Shown here in pieces: positions 55,170 through 64,000 of a stretch of DNA of 64,000 nucleotides (position 1 is the first letter of the stretch; every line of letters begins with the position of its first letter). This DNA comes from Eledone cirrhosa (Eukaryota), in assembly GCA_964016885.1 (NCBI GenBank), contig OZ024761.1, positions 7,378,001 through 7,442,000 of the forward strand. Direction: 5' to 3'. Below the pieces are notes generated by a model. The model saw only the letters and a program-made list of their open reading frames with translations, was not told the origin of the DNA and searched no databases. A program made the position numbers and the translations under genes.

Positions 55170-55705
55170 TACGGAGTACGAAGATCCAGAAAAACCTGGG
55201 ACGATATGACAAAATCCGACCTTGCACACTTGCACCTCTCTAAGACAATGTCATTGGATCGAGATCTTTGGCGCCACGCAGTAACACAGAAGACCCGCCT
55301 TCCTTATGTGCAAAGTTAACCTCCAGCCAGCAGACACCTCTTAACCAAACATACACCCCAACCCACGACCGCTACTCCATCCTCCCACTCACACCAACAC
55401 CACCCTTTCTCTGTAAAGTTGGTACCACAGCATCCAGTCCAAACTAATGAGATCGAGATCGTGTAAGTGTCACAACAAAACACACAGTCCACGCTGTAAT
55501 GTGGTCGTGTAGGTAACACGGTAAAAACCTCCCAGTTCACACTGTAAATGTGGTTGGTGTTAGGAAGGGCATCCAGCCATAGAAAACCTGCCAGACAGTC
55601 CTATATGAGTGAGACACAATCACCAGACCAACCTTGCCTCAAGTGGGACAACTCCCGTCTAACCCATGCTAGCGTGGAAGATGGACGTTAAACGATGATG
55701 ATGAT
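55170..55705 (+). mobile_element. RTE LINE 3' end
   Basis: Homologous to 18200-18724; (GAT)n tail. Confidence 0.9.
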
Positions 55706-56619
55706 ATACACACAAACACACACGTGTGTGTGTATATATATATATATGTGTGTGATTACATATATATGTATATATATACACACACATACACAAATATATA
55801 CAAACATATACACATATACACATAAATACATACATGTATATATATACACACACACACATATAAATACACACACAGACACACATTACAATACTTGACTGTT
55901 ATTGAACTCCGAAAGAAAGGATGAAAAGAAAAGTTGACATCTTTGACAAGACTAAAATAATAATAATATAATAATGGTTTCTGAATTAATAATAATAATA
56001 TACTAAAGAAAAAATGTAAGAGAAAGTGCAGTGTAATGCAATATTTGACGGTTTATAAGTTAGAGAAGAGAGAGAGACTAATGGGTTTGAGGGTGTGTGG
56101 AAAAGATTTTAAAGAAATTAAATAGTAAGACAATATATATATATATATGTGTGTGTGTGCATTTACATACGTATATAAATATATATACATACACAGACAT
56201 GTATACCTGATTTTATATATACACACACACACACACATACATACATATATATATATATCTGTATATACACACACATAATAAAAAAAAAAAAAAAAAAAAA
56301 AAAAGGTCATCCCATGGAAGTCATTATTTACGAACACAATAAATTTGACAATTGATAAATTTGTTTTAAGTTGATTACTGAGAGAGACAGATTACGATGA
56401 CAAAAGTAGTAGTGTGGTGTATCTAGATGATAGGACCAAAAGAACAAAAAATATTAAAAATAAATTAAAAAAAAAAAATCCACTGATTTGACATTTTTAC
56501 TACAGAATTGCGCGTCACACATTCCAGGTTTAATTATATAATAAAAATAATAATAATAATATTATTATTCAAAAGACCAAAGCTGATGCTATGACCACTG
56601 AAATTGATATTATTATTAT

Positions 56620-57370
56620 ACACACACATATATATATATAAGTATATATACACACTCACACACACACATATATATATATACATTATATATAATATATATA
56701 TATATATACACATACACACATATATAAATATATATGTATATATATATATATACATACATATATATACATATATATATATACACATACATACATATATATA
56801 CATATATATATGTATATATACATACATACATATATATAAATATATATACACATACATATATATAAATATATATGTATATATACACATACATATATATAAA
56901 TATATATGTATACATACATACATACATATATATACATATATATAAATATATATGTATATATACATACATACATATATATACATATATGTATATATACACA
57001 TACATACATATATATACATATATGTATATATACACATACATACATACATATATATATAAATATATATGTATATACATATATATATAAATATATATGTATA
57101 TATATATACATATATATATAAATACACATACATACATATATATATATATATAAATAAATATATATATATATACATACATACATATATAAATATATATATA
57201 CACATACATACATATATATAAATATATATATATATATACACATACATACATATATATAAATATATATATACATACATATATATAAATATATATATACACA
57301 TACACATACATAAATATATATGTATATATACACATACATACATATATAAATATATATATATGTATATATA
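56620..57370. repeat. TA/TACA compound microsatellite just 3' of the unk stop codon
   Basis: Seen directly. Confidence 0.95.
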
Positions 57371-57476
57371 TTTGAAAAAAGCCTATAATTGGAATACAAG
57401 TCCTGTTATTATTTTTTTTTCTTTTTGTTTGCTTCATTTTTAAACAATTTGCAAAAAATTAATTCCATACAATTAA

Positions 57477-57653
57477 TTACATAAGTTGCATACTAGCTGT
57501 AGTCCGTTGAATTTGAGTGTGACAATATGCACATTCGGTACACTTTGGTGCACATATCTCACATGTAACAAAGTGTTTGCATGGCAATGAAGTGACAGTT
57601 CGATTCCGCTCCTTGCATACAATACATTTTCTAGAGCTAAATTGGTACAACAC
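57477..57653 (-). CDS. unk: Unkempt-family RING finger protein, terminal coding exon (C3HC4 RING)
   Basis: Acceptor (TTTTA)n-TTTGCAG at 57654-57656. The exon reads VLYQFSSRKCIVCKERNRTVTSLPCKHFVTCEICAPKCTECAYCHTQIQRTTASMQLM* (C-x2-C-x11-C-x-H-x3-C-x2-C-x6-C-x2-C). It joins the upstream exon in phase 0 (…HVDE|VLYQ…), matching the Unkempt/UNKL C-terminus as I recall it. Confidence 0.9.
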   Translation of the reverse strand: MLYQFSSRKCIVCKERNRTVTSLPCKHFVTCEICAPKCTECAYCHTQIQRTTASMQLM

Positions 57654-57786
57654 CTGCAAAATAAAATAAAATAAAATAAAATAAAATAAAATAAAATAAA
57701 ATAAAATAAAAAATAAAATAAAATAAAATAAAAATACTTCGTTTCTGAAATTTGTTTTGCAAGATTTCAACGTGTGTTGAAACATA

Positions 57787-57992
57787 TATTGTTATACTTT
57801 GAGAGAGTCATGCTGCCAATAAAATAAAAAAATCAGTCGGAGAATGTGTGACAAAAGAGCGGTGTCAATATATAAACAACCATCTGGTTATTGAACCAAC
57901 CAACCGAAAATTTATAATAAATTGAAGTGAAATCCAACAGGTGTGTGTGTGTGTTTTTATTGGCAGCATGACCCTCCCAAAGTATAACAATA
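57787..57992. mobile_element. Fold-back terminus (same family as 13276-13575) in the last unk intron
   Basis: ~38-bp inverted arms; interior homologous to 13415-13575. Confidence 0.75.
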
Positions 57993-58940
57993 AAAATAAA
58001 TAGATGAATGAAAAAAGAACAAAGAAATATACTTGATAGTGACCCCAATATTTTACGTTGAGAAATAGAGAAAAATCCAAACCATAATTACTTAGAATGT
58101 GAAGTTGGTGAAAATCGTCAAAATATTGCCTCCGAGTTATAAACCCCTTCACCATTTTTACCATCGATTTTTTAGTCTCATATTCAAGTATATTTGATTA
58201 ATTAACCCTTTCGATAGTCACCCAGCCTGGTTCTAAGAACCACACATTTTAACAGCTTCCTATTTAACCTTTACCATTCTAACATGCCATATCCAGCCAG
58301 AATTCTTTCACCTCTTTCTTTCCAAACTGGCCATAACTAGCCAGATATTTATGTTAAGGTATTGTTATCTCAAAATAATTAACATAAAAATCTTGTAGAT
58401 TCGATATTGTGAGATAATTATGTAAGATTACCACAAAAATAGTATATGTAGAGTAATAGTTTCTACTTTTGGCACAAGGCCAGCAATTACCCCAGTGCAT
58501 TACTGGTGCTTTATTTTATCGACCCCGTAAGGATAAAATCAAAGTTAACATGGGTAGGATTTGAACCCAGAACACAAAGGGTCATAACTATGCCACACTA
58601 CCGATACTGCCAACCCATTACCCTTATATATAATATATAGAGAGTAATGTAAATGCTAAAGGGTTGAATTAATATCTTCCAACATAACTTGATATAAAAA
58701 ACACCATTGTCACTGTTGTTTTAATATCCACTTTCCCTGCTAGCAATGGTTGGATATTAGTTTATGTTATAATTACTTATCATACTAATGAAATAATTAA
58801 TTTTAGCAAATGCCTTAAAATTTTTCATTAATTAATTAAAATACAGTTTATTTTATAAGATTATGGGAAATGTTAAGTGATGGATTGACATTAAGAAGCA
58901 TTGGTAAAATTTGTGCTATATATATATATATATATATATA

Positions 58941-59100
58941 CAGATAAAATTCTGATATAACAAATTTTTCAGTATAACAAAATTTGTTCAATCCCCGGCC
59001 ACACGCTCGATGTATTAAGTTGATCTCGTTATAAAGAATTTTTCATTACAATGAATATTTTTTTATACCCCGTGAATTTCGCTATAATGGAATTTCACTG
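58941..59100. mobile_element. TA-flanked MITE
   Basis: TA-CAGATAAAATTC…GAATTTCACTG-TA imperfect TIRs. Confidence 0.6.
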
Positions 59101-59158
59101 TATATATATATATATATACGATATTAATAAATGGAAACTATATTTATAAAACCATATT

Positions 59159-59223
59159 TATTTCATTATACATATTTCAGGGATACCACATTAAATTATG
59201 GTATGCCTTCATCAGACAAAATA
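59159..59223 (-). ncRNA. Hammerhead ribozyme motif (left arm of palindrome, sense to unk pre-mRNA)
   Basis: Minus strand: tattttgt-CTGATGA-aggcataccata(atttaa)tgtggtatccct-GAAA-t(atgt)a-TA/atgaaata. Confidence 0.72.
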
Positions 59224-59300
59224 CAATATATAACAGTTTTACAAAAATGGTTGTATTTTAAAGGGTACGTCAAACCTATTTGTAAAACTGTTATATATTG

Positions 59301-59365
59301 TATTTTGTCTGATGAAGGTATGCCATAATTTAATGTGGTATCCCTGAAATATGTATAATGAAATA
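59301..59365 (+). ncRNA. Hammerhead ribozyme motif (right arm of palindrome)
   Basis: tattttgt-CTGATGA(59309-59315)-aggtatgccata(atttaa)tgtggtatccct-GAAA(59346-59349)-t(atgt)a-TA/atgaaata; predicted cleavage after 59357. Confidence 0.72.
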
Positions 59366-59517
59366 AATATGGTTTTATAAATATAGTTTCCATTTATTAA
59401 TATCATATATCTACTCCAAAAATTTGTCGAGTACTTTATATCAGTTATAAAAATATTTACTTGTTGTATCCCAACAACTTTAAATAGAACTTTTGCATAT
59501 ATATATATATATATAAA

Positions 59518-60345
59518 CTCCTCTGCCTCCTTCAGTGTGTTTGTCACCAAAACTATGTCGTCGGCAAATTCAGCATCCAATATCTTTTTCGCCTTAACTC
59601 TCCTGCTGTGAGCCAGTGTTACAGTAAAGCCAGATTCCTGGTGTTTCTCCAACACAGTGAAGGAGGCAGAGTAGTTGATGCAGGAGGTGGAGACTGTGCA
59701 GCTGAGAATGAATGAGATTAAGAGGAAGTATCTGGTAGAGAATATTAAGAAGCCAGAGAAGATTACTAATGTAGGTGGAAAGCCGCTAGAATTGGTTGAG
59801 GACTTCCTGTATCTGGGAGCAAAGATTGGGAATATGGAAGATGATGTGGTCGAGAGGAAGAGCAAAGCTTGGGTGGCGTGCCAGAGCTTGAGATCGGTGT
59901 GGAAGTCGGACCTTCGTGAAGACCTGAAGATCCATCTCTTCGTTGTGGAGTCTATGCTGCTGTATGGGTCTGAAACTTGGACACTGACCAAGACACTCTC
60001 TTAGATGGTGGATGGGTGCTACACGAGAATGCTGAGGATGGCTCTGAACATTAATCAGTATACACTGAGGATGAAGAACTCATCGCTGTACGGGAGCCAC
60101 CCATAAGTGACACAGAGGAGACTGAGGTTAGCTGGACATGCTCACCGACATCCAGAGTTGACATTGCACTCAGTGCTCCTGTGGGAGCCCTTACATGGAC
60201 ACACTGGAAGAGGAAGACCAAGGTTAACGTATGTTGATGCCCTAAGGACAGACACTGGTCTGTTGGAGACGCAAGACATGGCAGCGATAATGAGGGACAG
60301 AGACTGCTGGAGAGAACTCGTCCATGGATGTCGGGAATTTTATCC
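59518..60345 (+). mobile_element. RTE-like LINE 3' fragment with an inverted 5' segment
   Basis: + strand: DFLYLGA, VESMLLYGSETW, RRLRLAGH..RH, GRPRLTYVD. The - strand at 59518-59642 reads DAEFADDIVLVTNTLKEAE. Confidence 0.88.
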
Positions 60346-60401
60346 GCACTCTATATATATATATATAGGGAGAGAGAGAGAGAGAGAGAGAGGGGCAGTT
60401 T

Positions 60402-60437
<36 letters not shown>

Positions 60438-60455
60438 GCTGTTGTAACAACTTAC

Positions 60456-60629
60456 CTCATCGACGTGTTTACTATCGATTCTTAATTGCTGTTGAATTTG
60501 TTTAAGTTGTTGAAAAGCAAGGTAATCTAATTCGTTGCTTTGTTGAGAACAGAGTAAAAAAGAATTGAGAGAGGATCCAGCTTTCAGCTTCTCCAGTTCA
60601 TGTTGTAGAGTCTTCACACGATTTAATGC
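60456..60629 (-). CDS. unk: Unkempt-family protein, penultimate coding exon (coiled coil)
   Basis: CAG acceptor at 60630-60632, GTAAG donor at 60455-60451. 174 nt encoding ALNRVKTLQHELEKLKAGSSLNSFLLCSQQSNELDYLAFQQLKQIQQQLRIDSKHVDE, phase 0 at both ends. Confidence 0.88.
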
Positions 60630-61490
60630 CTGCATGATAGTGAAAGAAATAAAGCAGATTATACCATTAGTACACCCCCAGCATTTGTAAACCTTTCCTT
60701 AGAACCTAACTAACAATTGTTTGTGGAAACCACTGCATATTCACAGAATCGTAAATACCTTCCGCATTTTTTTTAATGGCTTTTTTTAACACTAAAATAT
60801 TAATAACAATATACTGTATTTGCCAGCCTATATTTTATGGACCACGTCCAATATTCATGAGTGCCCTAGGAATGTAACCGCCATGAATACTGGGGGACAA
60901 CTGTACTAGTACACAACCTGTTGTCTGAGTGAAAGCATTATGGGAAGAGCTGGGCTGAGAACTCTAGGACATACCATCGTCATAGATGATAGACTAGGCA
61001 CAGGCAATCTTTTTCTAGCAGTGGGTCGCTGAGGATGTGGCTCATCATATGGCGGGCCAACTACTAAAAAATTCAAGGCAATTTTGAAATTAAATGTGCC
61101 ATTGAGAAAGCTAAAGGAGCTGCGTGCAGCCCATTGGTCACAGTTTGCAGATGACTGTGCTTGACCATATGGACCAAGAAATCTATGGCATACCATTGCT
61201 CCTTCTTTTGCAGGCAATGTGGGCTAGTTGGGTAATCTACAACATACCATCACTGTCAGATGGCAGAAGATATGTTATGTGCTGTGCATGCCTGCAGAAA
61301 GACCAACGAGGGCTATGCTTAAGAGGAAGTCACATGATGGGGTAGGTATTATGAGAAATTAAACCTTTCAAAACGTGCGGAGGAATAGCTGGCGGACATG
61401 GGCCCTCTCTGGCAACAAAGAAACAGGCAGGCAGACAGACCCCTAACCTTAACGCCTTGACAACAAAATAATAAACAGAACCCTACTAAC

Positions 61491-61565
61491 CTCGTCCCTT
61501 TGTTTGGCAACAAGTTTCATCTTCCTCAGTGACTCCTCCTCCTCCTTCTTCCATGCCTCACAAGC
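61491..61565 (-). CDS. unk: Unkempt-family protein, internal coding exon (not in ORF track)
   Basis: TTTGTTTCCAG acceptor, GTTAG donor. 75 nt encoding ACEAWKKEEEESLRKMKLVAKQRDE, resembling the Unkempt 'ACDAWKKEAEE…EQRD' segment. Upstream CCCH exons were not found in this window. Confidence 0.85.
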
Positions 61566-61696
61566 CTGGAAACAAACCAGCATTTCGAAACAAAAAAAAC
61601 AAAATAAATATCATTTGTTTTTCTCAAATGGAAATTGGGAAAGAGTAAATGAAGGGGACAAAAAAAAATATATATATATATATATTTTTACTTCCA

Positions 61697-63234
61697 CTAC
61701 CAAAGAGTTCTCATTACCTAATATACTCTCCATAGCTTAACAGCACTAAAGAGTTCTTACTAACTAATATACTTTCCATAGCTTAACCGCACTAAAGAGT
61801 TCTCACTACCTAATATACTCTCCATAGCTTAACCGCACTAAAGAGTTCTCACTACCTAATATACTCTCCATAGCTTAACCGCACTAAAGAGTTCTCATTA
61901 CCTAATATACTCTCCATAGCTTAACCGCACTAAAGAGTTCTTACTAACTAATATACTTTCCATAGCTTAACCGCACTAAAGAGTTCTCACTACCTAATAT
62001 ACTCTCCATAGCTTAACCGCACTAAAGAGTTCTCACTACCTAATATACTCTCCATAGCTTAACCGCACTAAAGAGTTCTCATTACCTAATATACTCTCCA
62101 TAGCTTAACCGCACTAAAGAGTTCTTACTAACTAATATACTTTCCATAGCTTAACCGCACTAAAGAGTTCTCACTACCTAATATACTCTCCATAGCTTAA
62201 CCGCACTAAAGAGTTCTCACTACCTAATATACTCTCCATAGCTTAACCGCACTAAAGAGTTCTCATTACCTAATATACTCTCCATAGCTTAACCGCACTA
62301 AAGAGTTCTTACTAACTAATATACTTTCCATAGCTTAACCGCACTAAAGAGTTCTCACTACCTAATATACTCTCCATAGCTTAACCGCACTAAAGAGTTC
62401 TCACTACCTAATATACTCTCCATAGCTTAACCGCACTAAAGAGTTCTCACTACCTAATATACTCTCCATAGCTTAACCGCACTAAAGAGTTCTCATTACC
62501 TAATATACTCTCCATAGCTTAACCGCACTAAAGAGTTCTTACTAACTAATATACTTTCCATAGCTTAACCGCACTAAAGAGTTCTCACTACCTAATATAC
62601 TCTCCATAGCTTAACCGCACTAAAGAGTTCTCACTACCTAATATACTCTCCATAGCTTAACAGCACTAAAGAGTTCTCACTACCTAATATACTCTCCATA
62701 GCTTAACAGCACTAAAGAGTTCTCACTACCTAATATACTCTCCATAGCTTAACAGCACTAAAGAGTTCTCACTACCTAATATACTCTCCATAGCTTAACA
62801 GCACTAAAGAGTTCTCACTACCTAATATACTTTCCATAGCTTAACAGCACTAAAGAGTTCTCATTACCTAATATACTCTCCATAGCTTAACCGCACTAAA
62901 GAGTTCTCACTACCTAATATACTTTCCATAGCTTAACAGCACTAAAGAGTTCTCATTACCTAATATACTCTCCATAGCTTAACCGCACTAAAGAGTTCTC
63001 ACTACCTAATATACTCTCCATAGCTTAACAGCACTAAAGAGTTCTCACTACCTAATATACTCTCCATAGCTTAACAGCACTAAAGAGTTCTCACTACCTA
63101 ATATACTCTCCATAGCTTAACAGCACTAAAGAGTTCTCACTACCTAATATACTCTCCATAGCTTAACAGCACTAAAGAGTTCTCACTACCTAATATACTC
63201 GCCATAGCTTAACAGCACCAAAGAGTTCTCACTA
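61697..63234. repeat. 46-bp minisatellite (~33 units) with a 4-unit higher-order repeat, in an unk intron
   Basis: Unit TTAACCGCACTAAAGAGTTCTCACTACCTAATATACTCTCCATAGC. Confidence 0.97.
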
Positions 63235-64000
63235 ATCTGTAGTGCAAAAGAATGAAAGAACCTGGTAAATTCCAATCCAGGTCTGAGCACTGCTAATTTC
63301 TTCTAGAGAAAGGAGAAAGAGTGATAGGGAGACATATAGAGAAGTAGTGAGAGAGTGAGAAAGAGATATAGAGAGTTAGTGAGAAAGAATCGACACCAGT
63401 ATTTGACTGGTACTTTTTTTTATCTATCTTGAAAGGATAAAAGGCAAAGACAACTTCAGCTGCATTTAAGTATAGAGGGTTGCAATATATACCGTAAAAT
63501 CAGTTCTGTATGAGCAAGACACGGTCACCTAATCTGATTTTCACAACGGGACAACTCTTCTAACCCATGCTAGCATGGAAAAACAGTCATGGTGATGATG
63601 AAAACATTCTATTGGATGTTTTAATGACTCCAGCAATTTTCTGCTTTAACCCGTTAGCATTTAAACTGGCCGTTCATACTGATGTTAAAGTATTGTTCTC
63701 AAAATAAATAATAACAAAATCTCATAGATTCGATATTATGTGAGATAATTATGTAAGATAAAGTATTTACTGTGAAAATATAATAGTAAATATAGAGTAA
63801 TGTAAACCATAAAGAGTTAATGGGAGTATAAACAATTTTAAAATAAGCAGTTTCCTATCATATTTCCATGACGGTTTCAGACAGGTTTGGTATCAAAAGT
63901 TTCTAGTCTAAGTTCTGCCTTAAGCCAGAAGGTTCGTCAAACTGGTGCTTATCCTGGTTTCATGGCGTGAAGTGAGAGAATGTACAAGACCCCTGCCTCC

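Noticed and set aside
57654-57785. N-terminal FYFIL extension of the RING ORF
   Set aside because: This is the intronic (TTTTA)n tract upstream of the CAG acceptor.
59131-59393. Mirror-image 65-aa ORFs on both strands
   Set aside because: A consequence of the palindrome; no coding evidence.

Overview
AT-rich, repeat-saturated animal genomic DNA. An octopus or other coleoid cephalopod is inferred from the dominant tRNA-derived SINE and the very long (TA)n tracts; this cannot be confirmed without a search. Only one host gene is supported: the last three coding exons of an Unkempt-family gene (coiled coil plus C3HC4 RING) on the minus strand, at 61565-61491, 60629-60456 and 57653-57477, all with canonical phase-0 splice sites. 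The rest is TE debris: many RTE-clade LINE fragments, CR1 tails, a Tigger/pogo relic, mariner pieces, non-autonomous Helitrons, TTAA- and TA-flanked MITEs, SINEs, a Neptune-type Penelope GIY-YIG remnant, four minisatellites and kb-scale TA microsatellites. Most ORFs in the track are YI/IY microsatellite artefacts. The main hidden signal is a dense set of short (0.1-0.5 kb) fold-back elements lodged in or beside TA tracts. Many carry minimal type I hammerhead ribozyme motifs (CUGANGA or UUGANAA, stem II, GAAA, tiny stem III, NUH, stem I), and several share a terminal GAGTRCYT motif. I read them as 5'-inverted or truncated Penelope-like element termini. One sits in an Unkempt intron as a ~285-bp palindrome with a hammerhead on each strand. 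All folds were done by eye and ribozyme activity is untested.
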